Part shown: in pieces, positions 8,380 through 17,075 of the stretch
Layout of the letters: every line of letters starts with the position of its first letter
Numbering within the stretch: the stretch's first letter is position 1
NCBI GenBank assembly: GCA_037443365.1
Contig: JBBIOM010000003.1
Span: forward strand, 75,959 to 116,371
Direction: 5' to 3'
Length of the DNA stretch: 40,413 nt
Source of the DNA: Armatimonadota bacterium
GTDB taxonomy: Bacteria > Sysuimicrobiota > Sysuimicrobiia > Sysuimicrobiales > Humicultoraceae
Program-made: the position numbers and the translations under genes
The notes under the pieces: model-generated
The model's input: only the letters and a program-made list of their open reading frames with translations
Database searches by the model: none
What the model was told of the DNA's origin: nothing

Positions 8380-10611
8380 ATGGCCAGTTCCACGATCGCA
8401 CTCGCCCGTCCCGCGCACGCGCCGAGCACGACCCTCATCGCCTGGAGCGGTCTGGCGCTGGCCGGCGGCCTGCTACTGCCCTGGTTCAGGGCCGGCCGGG
8501 AACTCGCCGTATTCGTTCCGGGCGCGACAGGACTCGAGCTGCTCGGTTCTGAGAGGACAGTGGCCGCGGCCCTGGCCTGCGCGCTCCTCTGCGGCATCCT
8601 GGGCGGGCTGCGGTTGCCGCTGTACCGCCGTGGCCAGATGGCGCTCACCACCGCTGCCCTGGGGTGCGTCCTGGTCGTGCTGGCCCTTGCCCGAAGCGGT
8701 CAGCCGATGGGTCCGGCGCCCGTGGTGCTGTTCCTAGGATTCCTCTCGCTGGTCGGGGCCGGGCTCTCGCTGGGCGGCTACCTGCGCGCCGACGCGTTTA
8801 TCGCGGCGAGCATCGTTTGGGTCGCCGTGTTCGTCGTCATCTTCATCCTGTACCCGCTGTGGGCCGTGCTCCAGGCGAGCGTGTTCGTCAAAGGACGCCT
8901 GACGCTCGAGATGTTCGGCGTGGTCTTCCGGTCGCCGAACTTCCTGATGGTTGGCAACCCACTCACTCCCATGGACGAGATGCGCGTGGCCTCGACGCTC
9001 GGAGCGGTGGTCGCCGTTATCGCCGGGCTGACGGCGGCGGTCGTTGCCAGGAGGCTCCGCGCCGTGGTCGTGTGGGCGGTGGGAGCCGGTGTTGCGGGCG
9101 TGCTCGTGGCCGCGCTCTACCTCGGGTTCGGCGCGGTGCGCAACAGCGTCCTGCTGGCCATGATCGTGGGTGGGTTCTCGACGGGGCTGGGCTTCCTGTT
9201 CGCGCTGCTGGCCGAGCGGTCGCAGCTTCCCACGCGCCGGCTGCTGGGACCGGTTTCGATCCTGCCCATCATCACCCCCCCGTTCGTCCTGGGCCTGGCC
9301 ATGGTCTACCTGTTTGGCCGGCAGGGCTTCGTAACGCACTCCGTGCTCGGGCTGTCAACGACCGCCTTCTCAGGGCTGCTCGGGCTGTCGATCGCCCAGA
9401 TCCTGGCCTACACGCCGATCGCCTTCCTGCTGCTGCAGGGTGTCGTGCGCGCCATGGACGTCGCGCTCGAGGAGGCCTCCGAGACCCTGGGGGCTTCCAA
9501 CTGGTACACGCTGCGAACGGTCATCTGGCCCCTGGCGCGTCCCGGCATCGCAAACGCCTTCCTGCTGACGGTGATCGAGAGCCTGGCCGACTTCGGCAAC
9601 CCTGTTGTCATAGGCGGTGGCAAGCCCTACCTGGCGACAGAGGTCTTCTACGCCATCGTCGGCCGCTACAACCCGAACGAGGCCGCGGTGTTCGGCGTCG
9701 TGCTGCTCTGCATGACGCTGACGATCTTCCTGATTCAGCGGTACTGGGTGGGAGAGCGGTTCTATGTCACGGTCACGGGCCGGCCCACGCATGCCACCCC
9801 GCGCAGGCTGCCCCCGGCCCTGGACTACGCCGTAACCGGCGTGTTTCTTGTGTGGGTGCTGCTGATCGTGCTGCTCTACGGTTCGATCTTCGTCGGCAGC
9901 GTCACCAATCTCTGGGGGTTTGACTACACCTTCACGCTCAAGCACCTGAAGGGGCTGTCACCCACGGGCTGGCACGTCTTCCGGACGACGGCCTCGCTAT
10001 CGTTGATCGCCGCGATTCCATCCACCCTGCTCGGCTTCCTGATCGGATACCTGGTGACGCGCTACTCGTTCCCGGGCCGGAGAGCGCTCGAGTTCTCCTC
10101 GATGCTCTCGTTTGCGGTGCCCGGAACGGTGATGGGGATCGGCTACATCCTGGCATTCAACCAGGGGACGCTCCTGCTCACCGGGACCGAGCTCATCATC
10201 ATCATGGCCTTCGTCTTCCGGAACATGCCGGTGGCGATTCGCTCAGGCGTGGCTGCAATCCACCAGATCGACCGCTCTCTGGAGGAATGCTCGACGATGC
10301 TGCGGGCCGGTTCGGCCACGACGCTACGGCGGGTGGTTGCTCCGCTCGTGCAGGCGGCGCTGCTGTCCGGGCTCGTCTTCGCGTTCGTGCGGGCGATGAC
10401 GGCCATCAGCCAGGTTATCTTCCTGGTGACCCCCAGGGTGAACCTGAGCACGGCGCTGATACTCGCGTACGTCGAGCACGGCAGCATGGGCAGGGCCGCG
10501 GCCCTCTCCTCGGTCCTGGTTGTCTTCATGGCCGTTGTGATCATGGCCATGTACTGGTCTGTGACGCGGCTCGACGCGCGGGCAGGGCGCGGAGCGCAAG
10601 CCAAGCCCTAG
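8380..10611 (+). CDS. ABC transporter permease, long AfuB-like with extra N-terminal TM helices (module 3)
   Basis: SD GGAGGAGG. Motifs ITPPFV, LEEASETLGA, LADFGNP and LEECSTMLRA. About 740 aa with an N-terminal hydrophobic extension. Confidence 0.92.
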   Translation: MASSTIALARPAHAPSTTLIAWSGLALAGGLLLPWFRAGRELAVFVPGATGLELLGSERTVAAALACALLCGILGGLRLPLYRRGQMALTTAALGCVLVVLALARSGQPMGPAPVVLFLGFLSLVGAGLSLGGYLRADAFIAASIVWVAVFVVIFILYPLWAVLQASVFVKGRLTLEMFGVVFRSPNFLMVGNPLTPMDEMRVASTLGAVVAVIAGLTAAVVARRLRAVVVWAVGAGVAGVLVAALYLGFGAVRNSVLLAMIVGGFSTGLGFLFALLAERSQLPTRRLLGPVSILPIITPPFVLGLAMVYLFGRQGFVTHSVLGLSTTAFSGLLGLSIAQILAYTPIAFLLLQGVVRAMDVALEEASETLGASNWYTLRTVIWPLARPGIANAFLLTVIESLADFGNPVVIGGGKPYLATEVFYAIVGRYNPNEAAVFGVVLLCMTLTIFLIQRYWVGERFYVTVTGRPTHATPRRLPPALDYAVTGVFLVWVLLIVLLYGSIFVGSVTNLWGFDYTFTLKHLKGLSPTGWHVFRTTASLSLIAAIPSTLLGFLIGYLVTRYSFPGRRALEFSSMLSFAVPGTVMGIGYILAFNQGTLLLTGTELIIIMAFVFRNMPVAIRSGVAAIHQIDRSLEECSTMLRAGSATTLRRVVAPLVQAALLSGLVFAFVRAMTAISQVIFLVTPRVNLSTALILAYVEHGSMGRAAALSSVLVVFMAVVIMAMYWSVTRLDARAGRGAQAKP

Positions 10612-10632
10612 GAAGAAGGGGTGTAGTCGGAG

Positions 10633-11712
10633 ATGGCGGTTCCAGCCACGCAACTCAAGCAGGTCCTGCACGAGGAGGCCTCCCCGGTCCGCTTCGAGCG
10701 CGTGACCAAGCGCTTTGGGCCTGTCCTGGCCGTGGACGACGTGACGCTGGAGGTGCCCGCCGGCAACCTGGTGACGCTGCTGGGCCCTTCGGGTTGCGGG
10801 AAGACAACCGCGCTGCGGATGATTGCCGGTCTCGAGTGGCCAACCGAGGGGCGGGTCTACATCGGCAATGAGGATGTGACCCCGCTGCCCGCCGCCAACC
10901 GAAGCGTAACGATGGTGTTCCAGGCTTACGCCCTCTTTCCGCACCTCACGGTCTTCGAGAACATCGCCTACGGGCTTCGGGTGATGCGCCGGCCTCAGGC
11001 GGAGATCCGGCAGCGCGTCAGCGAGGCGATGAGCCTGGTGGGCCTGCCGGGCCTGGAGCAGCGTGCACCCGCCCAGCTCTCCGGCGGACAGCAGCAGCGG
11101 GTGGCGCTCGCGAGGGCGCTCGTGATGCAGCCCAAGGTGCTGCTCTTCGACGAGCCCCTCTCGAACCTGGACGCCAAGCTGCGCAAGCGCGTCCGTGCGG
11201 ATATCCGCATGCTGCAGCAGGACCTGGGTATCACCAGCATCTACGTCACGCACGACCAGTCGGAGGCGCTGGCTATCTCCGACATCGTGGTGGTCATGAA
11301 CCAGGGACACATCGAACAGGTCGGGACACCGACCGACCTGTACCGCAGGCCGGCCTCGCGCTTCGTCGCGGACTTCATAGGCGAAGCCAACCTGTTGCCC
11401 GCGGTTGTCGAGGACGGCGCCGTGCAGGTGGGCGGTCACCGGTTCCCCTACCAGCAGCCGGGCGTGGCCCTTGGAGCGGCCACGCTCATGGTGCGGCCGG
11501 AGTCCGTTCGGATCGCGGTTGGAGGCGAAGGCCTTCCCGGGCGGGTGCAGACGGCGTTCTTCATGGGCACCTACGCCGACTACCTGATCGAGACCGAGGC
11601 CGGAGAGGTCAGCGTGGCCGACTCTCAGAGCGTGGACCGGCTCTACGCGGTGGGCGCCAGCGTCAGGCTGCAGTTCTCGCCCTCGGCCGTCTACCTTCTG
11701 CCGCCGGGATAG
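10633..11712 (+). CDS. ABC transporter ATP-binding subunit, FbpC/AfuC family (module 3)
   Basis: [35 protein letters not shown]. Confidence 0.95.
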   Translation: MAVPATQLKQVLHEEASPVRFERVTKRFGPVLAVDDVTLEVPAGNLVTLLGPSGCGKTTALRMIAGLEWPTEGRVYIGNEDVTPLPAANRSVTMVFQAYALFPHLTVFENIAYGLRVMRRPQAEIRQRVSEAMSLVGLPGLEQRAPAQLSGGQQQRVALARALVMQPKVLLFDEPLSNLDAKLRKRVRADIRMLQQDLGITSIYVTHDQSEALAISDIVVVMNQGHIEQVGTPTDLYRRPASRFVADFIGEANLLPAVVEDGAVQVGGHRFPYQQPGVALGAATLMVRPESVRIAVGGEGLPGRVQTAFFMGTYADYLIETEAGEVSVADSQSVDRLYAVGASVRLQFSPSAVYLLPPG

Positions 11713-11966
11713 CGCCCGGCCGGAGGCTGCTGTCCCGCTGGGGCACAACACTCTGTCGCGCGGCGAGGCAGCTCCGATGCCATAGTGCCTGTCGGGTGCG
11801 CCGACGGCTATCCCCGCGCGATGAGCAGCATCGGCAGCATGCTGGTCGGCGAACGTCGGTGGCCGCCAGGGTGGGATCGTTCCCGGGTGGGGCCTGGTAG
11901 GCGGTGCGGGAGGGCGGTTCTGGCCTTGAGCAGGGACTCTCGGCTGCGGAGGGAAGGGGACGCCTG

Positions 11967-12779
11967 ATGAGGGTAGCATATCAGGGCGAACGGGGTGCGT
12001 TCAGTGAGGTCGCGGCCATCGCCCGGTTCGGCGGAATCGACCCGCTGCCGTGCCGGACACTGGTGGTGGTCTTCGACGCGGTGGAACACGGCGAGGCCGA
12101 GCTCGGCATGGTGCCCGCGGAGAACTCCCAGGCCGGGAGCATCAATGAGACCTACGACCTGCTGGCCCGCCGCTCGCTGCACATCGTTGGCGAGCACAAC
12201 CAGCGCATCGAACACTGCCTGCTGGCGCTCCCGGAGGAGAGCCTGGAGGGGATCCACACCATCCTCTCGCATCCACAGGCGCTGGCCCAGTGCGAGGCGC
12301 TCCTGCTGCGTCACGGCTGGGAGACCGTGGCCACCTACGACACAGCGGGTAGCGCCAGGGCAGTGGCGCACGAGCGCCGGAGAGGGGTGGCCGCCATCGC
12401 CAGCCGGCACGCCGCCGAGATCTACGGGCTGCAGGTCCTGGCATCGGGCATCGAGACCAACCCCGTCAACTACACCCGGTTCCTCGTATTGTCCCTGGCC
12501 CCGTCCCCGCCGACCGACCGCGCGAAGACCTCCGTGGTGTTTACGACTGCCAACGTGCCCGGGGCCCTCTACCGGGTCCTGGGAGCCTTCGCCGTGCGCG
12601 GGATCAACATGACCAAGCTGGAGTCGCGCCCGCGCCGTGATCGACCCTGGGAGTACCTCTTCTACGCAGACTTCGAGGCGCACCGCGATTCGCCGGAAGG
12701 CCGTGCTGCCCTGGAAGAGATGACCGGCGTGACGGCGTTCCTCCGCGTCCTGGGCTCCTATCCGCGCGCCGAGGAATGA
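11967..12779 (+). CDS. pheA: Prephenate dehydratase (PDT + ACT domain)
   Basis: VAYQGERGAFSE, P-x-ENS, SHPQALAQC, NYTRF, PGAL, NMTKLESRP and LGSYP motifs. Confidence 0.95.
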   Translation: MRVAYQGERGAFSEVAAIARFGGIDPLPCRTLVVVFDAVEHGEAELGMVPAENSQAGSINETYDLLARRSLHIVGEHNQRIEHCLLALPEESLEGIHTILSHPQALAQCEALLLRHGWETVATYDTAGSARAVAHERRRGVAAIASRHAAEIYGLQVLASGIETNPVNYTRFLVLSLAPSPPTDRAKTSVVFTTANVPGALYRVLGAFAVRGINMTKLESRPRRDRPWEYLFYADFEAHRDSPEGRAALEEMTGVTAFLRVLGSYPRAEE

Positions 12780-12840
12780 GCGGCCGCTTCCCCTGCGCCG
12801 GGACCCATGTACTCCCGTCCTCCCGAAGTCCTACCTGTGG

Positions 12841-13266
12841 AGGCCCCACGCGTCCGCCCGGAAGCTCAAGAGGCTCGCGGATGATTACAACGACGTAGAG
12901 CGCCGGGCGGACGAGATCAAGGCGCTGGTGGACCGGGGCGACGAGATCACGCACGAGATAATCGACCGCCTCAACCGCACCTTTGTTGTGCCTTTGGACC
13001 GCGATGACACCTTCGCTCTGGCCAAGCAGCTCGATGACGTCGTGGACTGGATCGATGCCTCATCGGCCCGGATGGCCCTCTATCGGATTCCGCACACAAC
13101 CAGCGAGGTGCGGGAGATGGCGCACATCATCGTCAGCCAGTGCGAGGCCGTCGTCGAGGCCATCGGCAACCTGCGCCGGCTGGAGCGCATCGGCGGCGCG
13201 TTGAGGGAGATCAACCGCCTGGAGAACATGGCCGATCGCACTCTGCGGGATGCCGTCGCGGGCCTG
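12841..13266 (+). pseudogene. Remnant of DUF47 (PhoU-like phosphate transport regulator), lacking a start and C-terminus, fused in frame to a pit remnant
   Basis: Translates ...ARKLKRLADDYNDVERRADEIKALVDRGDEITHEIIDRLNRTFVVPLDRDD...LDDVVDWI...EINRLENMAD, which are DUF47 hallmarks. No intact N-terminus or SD. Confidence 0.8.
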
Positions 13267-14004
13267 CTCCCCGTCCTCTTGCTGGTGCTGGCGGCCGAGT
13301 TCGTCAACGGCAAGGGCATCGTGGTCTGGAGCACCCTGGCCTGGTTTCACGGGCTCCCTACCAGCGAAAGCCACGCCCTTGTGGCGGCGCTGGCAGGCGC
13401 AGGAATGGCCACCGCCGGTGCGTCCGTGCTGCTCTCCGACGGCTGGAGGAAGATCCTGATCGGGCTTGGCTTCTCGTCGGTGCTGGGCTTCGTTGGTGGA
13501 CTCGTCCTGCTCCTGGCGGTGTCGTGGCTGTTCCGGCGCGTTCCTCTCGGAGCCGTCCGCCGCATCTTCGGCCGCCTCCAGGTCCTCTCGGCCGCGTTCA
13601 TGGCCTTCAGCCACGGAAGCAACGACGGCCAGAAGTTCATCGGCGTCTTCACACTGACGCTGGTGCTGTGAGGCGTTCTCCCGGAGTTCCGCATCCCCCT
13701 GTGGGTCATCCTGGTGTGCTCTGCCACCATGGGTGTCGGAACCGCGCTGGGGAGCTGGCGCATAGTCCACACCATGGGCATGCGGTTGACGAAGCTGGAA
13801 CCGTATCAGGGCTTCGCCGCCGAGACAGCCGCGGTCGCGGTCATCGAGACGGCCAGCCGCCTGGGGATTCCGCTGAGCACCACCCACACCATCAACACCG
13901 CGATCATGGGAGTGGGGGCCACGCGACGGCTCTCGGCGGTGCGGTGGGGTGTGGGTGCCTAGATCGCCGGGATCGCGACGCTGCTGCTGCGCGCGGTGCT
14001 CTAG
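13267..14004 (+). pseudogene. pit: Remnant of Pit-family inorganic phosphate transporter with internal deletions and in-frame stops
   Basis: EFVNG with the signature truncated, GLPTSESHAL, SHGSNDGQK, GFAAET, LGIPLSTTH and SAVRWG. In-frame TGA at 13669-13671 and TAG at 13960-13962. The likely original stop is TAG at 14002-14004, overlapping the convergent pfp stop. Confidence 0.85.
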
Positions 14005-15215
14005 CGCGTCCTTCGCACCCCCGTCATCTCCAGCCTCGCGTACGGCATCAGCGGCGGCCCGATCAGCGGCCGCGCGTAGGCCAGGAACGCCTCTGTGACA
14101 TCGTTGCCCTCGGGCGCTATGAACTCGTCGGGGACCTCCCTCTCGGCGTTGGCCACGCGCTCGAGCGGTGCCAGCCCGGTGGTCCACCGGTAGGGTTCGG
14201 ACGACTCGCGCACCAACGTTACCATCGCGCCGTCCCGACCTTCCACCGCGTGCCGAACCGCATCACGGCCCACCTGGTACGCCTCTTCGAGGTCAACGGG
14301 CGACGCCGCCAGCATCGAGACCCGCTGTATCGTTCCGGGCTTGTCCCACCTCGTCTTGATGCCGAGCCCCTCGGTGACGATGTCGCAGAGCACGGCCGCG
14401 GCGCCGCCTAGCTGCTTGTGACCGAAGCGGTCCACGTCAACCGCCCTGTCGCTGGCCGCGAGGTACTCACCCCGCTCGTCCTTCAGCCCCTCACACACCG
14501 TTATGACCGCGTGGCCGAGCCTCTTGTAGGCGCGTTCGACATCGGCGAGGAACCTGTCGCGCACGAACGGCCGCTCCGGCAGGTAGATGAGGTGCGGCGC
14601 GGCATCGGCGCGATCCCTCGCCAGCGCGGTGGCCGCCGCTATCCAGCCGGTGTTGCGCCCCATGGTCTCCACGATCTTGACCGCATCGACCACGCCGATG
14701 GCCTCGGTGTCGAGCCCGGCGTCGCGCACGGCCACGGCCAGCCATCTGGCCACGCTGCCATAGCCCGGGCAGTGGTCGGTCTCGACCAGGTCGTTGTCAA
14801 TCGTCTTGGGGACGCCCATTACTCGCAGTTCGTATCCCTGCTCGGCCGCCAGGCGCCCCAGGCGCCAGGTGGTATCGGCCGAGTCGTTGCCGCCGATGTA
14901 GACAAAGTACCGGATATCGTGGGCCGCAAGCACCCCAAGGAGCATCTCGTAGTCGGCATCGCGCAGCCTGTATCGGCACGATCCCAGCGCCGCCGACGGA
15001 GTGGCTCGCAGATTGGCGATCGTGGCCGCGCTCTGGCGTCCCAGGTCAATGAGATCTTCCCGCAGGAGCCCCTCTACGCCGTGCACCATCCCGTAGATCT
15101 CTTCTATCGCGTCGTGCTCAAGCGCCTCCAGCACCACCCCGGCCAGGCTGCTGTTGACTACGGCGGTGGGTCCTCCGGACTGTCCGACCACCAGGTTTCC
15201 GCGTGGAGCTCCCAT
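14001..15215 (-). CDS. pfp: Pyrophosphate-dependent phosphofructokinase (PfkA family)
   Basis: GQSGGPTAVVN, IGGNDS (Asp at the PPi-specificity position), PKTIDND and ETMGRNTGW. GGAG SD before MGAPRGN. Confidence 0.88.
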   Translation of the reverse strand: MGAPRGNLVVGQSGGPTAVVNSSLAGVVLEALEHDAIEEIYGMVHGVEGLLREDLIDLGRQSAATIANLRATPSAALGSCRYRLRDADYEMLLGVLAAHDIRYFVYIGGNDSADTTWRLGRLAAEQGYELRVMGVPKTIDNDLVETDHCPGYGSVARWLAVAVRDAGLDTEAIGVVDAVKIVETMGRNTGWIAAATALARDRADAAPHLIYLPERPFVRDRFLADVERAYKRLGHAVITVCEGLKDERGEYLAASDRAVDVDRFGHKQLGGAAAVLCDIVTEGLGIKTRWDKPGTIQRVSMLAASPVDLEEAYQVGRDAVRHAVEGRDGAMVTLVRESSEPYRWTTGLAPLERVANAEREVPDEFIAPEGNDVTEAFLAYARPLIGPPLMPYARLEMTGVRRTR

Positions 15216-15307
15216 GGCCACTACTCCAATCAGCCCATCGGCCATCATTGCGCTTCTCGCGCGCGGCCACGTTCCCCTGCCCTGCGCGGCGCCCCACCTC
15301 AAGACAG

Positions 15308-15335
15308 TTGCCGGGAGCACGCGCTGCCTTATACT
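15308..15335 (+). promoter_or_regulatory. Sigma70-type promoter for hyi-garR
   Basis: TTGCCG (15308-15313), 16-nt spacer, TATACT (15330-15335). Confidence 0.55.
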
Positions 15336-15371
15336 GTGGGGGGGAAAGAAGTCCGCCGTCAGGGAGGTGCC

Positions 15372-16160
15372 ATGCCGCGCTTTGCAGCGAACCTCACGTT
15401 CCTCTGGTCAGACCGTCCCTTCATCGCCCGCTTCGACGCCGCCGCCCGAGCCGGATTCCGAGCGGTCGAGTACATGTTCCCCTATGCCGAGGACATCGAT
15501 GCCGTAGCCGGCGAGCTGCGCCGACTGGGGCTCCGGCAGGCGCTCTTCAACCTTCCCGCCGGGGACTGGGCCGCCGGCGAGCGGGGCATCGCGGTGGACC
15601 CGGGACGGCGCGGCGAGTTCCGGGAAGGCGTTCGCCAGGCCGCGGAGATCGCCCGTCACCTGGGGTGCCCTCGCGTCAACTGCCTTGTGGGCAAGCAGTT
15701 GGAGAGCGTGCCGCTGGCCGAGCAGTGGGCATGCCTGGTCGACAACATCAAGGGCGCGGCCGCGACCTTCGAGGACGTTGGGCTGGTCCTCCTCGTCGAG
15801 CCCATCAACACATTCGATATCCCCGGGTTCTTCCTGCGCACGACCTCGGAGGCGTTCCAGCTCCAGGACGCGGTCGGCGCGGCCAACCTGAAGGTGCAGT
15901 TCGACGTCTACCACGTGCAGCGCATGGAGGGCAACCTGTCCTACACGCTGCGGAACAACATCGGCCGGATCGGCCACGTCCAGGTTGCCGACTCCCCTGA
16001 CCGCAACCAGCCGGGTACAGGGGAGATCAACTTCGGGTATCTCTTCCGGGTGCTTGATCGCACGGACTACGCGGGTGACGTCGGGTTGGAGTACCGGCCC
16101 TCCGGTGCAACCGATGAGTCGTTTGGCTGGATCGAGGCGCTGGGCTACACGCGCGACTAG
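15372..16160 (+). CDS. hyi: Hydroxypyruvate isomerase family
   Basis: MPRFAANL, GFRAVEYMFPY, FNLPAGDWAAGERG, EPINTFDIPGF, DVYHVQRMEG and HVQVADSPDRNQPGTGEIN. SD GGAGG. Confidence 0.92.
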   Translation: MPRFAANLTFLWSDRPFIARFDAAARAGFRAVEYMFPYAEDIDAVAGELRRLGLRQALFNLPAGDWAAGERGIAVDPGRRGEFREGVRQAAEIARHLGCPRVNCLVGKQLESVPLAEQWACLVDNIKGAAATFEDVGLVLLVEPINTFDIPGFFLRTTSEAFQLQDAVGAANLKVQFDVYHVQRMEGNLSYTLRNNIGRIGHVQVADSPDRNQPGTGEINFGYLFRVLDRTDYAGDVGLEYRPSGATDESFGWIEALGYTRD

Positions 16161-16187
16161 AACGGGGCGCAAGAAGGAGGCAATACG

Positions 16188-17075
16188 ATGGCAGAACGCA
16201 TTGGTTTCATCGGGCTGGGCATCATGGGCAAGCCCATGTCACGCCACCTGCTGGGGGCCGGGCATCCCATGGTCGTCTGCGACCTCACTCGCGCCGCGGT
16301 GGACGAGCTGGTGGCGGCAGGGGCCGCCGATGGCGGATCACCGCGCGCGGTGGCTGAGCAGAGCGACATCGTCATCACGATGCTGCCTGACTCCCCGGAG
16401 GTGCGCCAGGTCATCCTTGGTCCGGGCGGGGTGATCGAGGGTGTGCGCGCCGGCCAGGTCGTCGTTGACATGAGCACGATCTCCCCGCTTGCGAGCCAGG
16501 AGGTGGCCCGGGCACTTGCGGAGAGGGGCGTGCCCACGCTCGATGCTCCGGTCAGCGGCGGCCAGAAGGGAGCCGTTGAGGCGACGCTCTCCATCATGGT
16601 GGGAGGGCCCAGCGCCGCATTTGAGCGAGTGCTGCCCGTCTTCCAGGTGATGGGCAAGAACATCGTGCACATAGGCGAGGAGCCCGGCTCCGGCCAGGTG
16701 GCCAAGGCCTGCAATCAGATCATAGTCGGGATCACGATAATGGCGGTCGCCGAGGCGCTCACCCTGGCCCGCAAGGCCGGCGTGGACGTGGCGAAGGTAC
16801 GTCAGGCGCTGCTGGGAGGATTCGCGCAGAGCCGCATCCTCGACCTCCACGGACAGCGGATCATTGACCGCAACTTCGCGCCGGGCTTTCGCATCAAGCT
16901 CCACCAGAAGGACCTGGGGATCGCGATGGCCTCGGGAAGGGCCTACGGCGTGCCGCTTCTTGCAACGGGGTTGGTGAACGAGGTCCTGGGATCGCTCGTG
17001 GCGCAGGGTCACCAGGATCTCGATCACTCAGGGATCGCCAGGTTCGTCGAGTCGCTGGCAGGGCTGGAGGGCTAG
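16188..17075 (+). CDS. garR: 2-hydroxy-3-oxopropionate (tartronate semialdehyde) reductase
   Basis: GFIGLGIMG, MLPDSP, DMSTISP, DAPVSGG, K-A-C-N-Q, ALLGGFA and FAPGF...KDL. Adjacent to hyi. Confidence 0.88.
   Translation: MAERIGFIGLGIMGKPMSRHLLGAGHPMVVCDLTRAAVDELVAAGAADGGSPRAVAEQSDIVITMLPDSPEVRQVILGPGGVIEGVRAGQVVVDMSTISPLASQEVARALAERGVPTLDAPVSGGQKGAVEATLSIMVGGPSAAFERVLPVFQVMGKNIVHIGEEPGSGQVAKACNQIIVGITIMAVAEALTLARKAGVDVAKVRQALLGGFAQSRILDLHGQRIIDRNFAPGFRIKLHQKDLGIAMASGRAYGVPLLATGLVNEVLGSLVAQGHQDLDHSGIARFVESLAGLEG

Noticed and set aside
11868..11885. AGGGTGGGATCG upstream of pheA as a Phe T-box
   Set aside because: The match to the T-box consensus is poor, and there is no recognisable stem I (AGTA, GNTG, GAA-specifier) or antiterminator partner.
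13669..13671. In-frame TGA in pit as selenocysteine or recoded stop
   Set aside because: The position is not Cys-equivalent, no SECIS-like hairpin is evident, a second in-frame TAG and several deletions are present, and TGA is used as a normal stop across the window.
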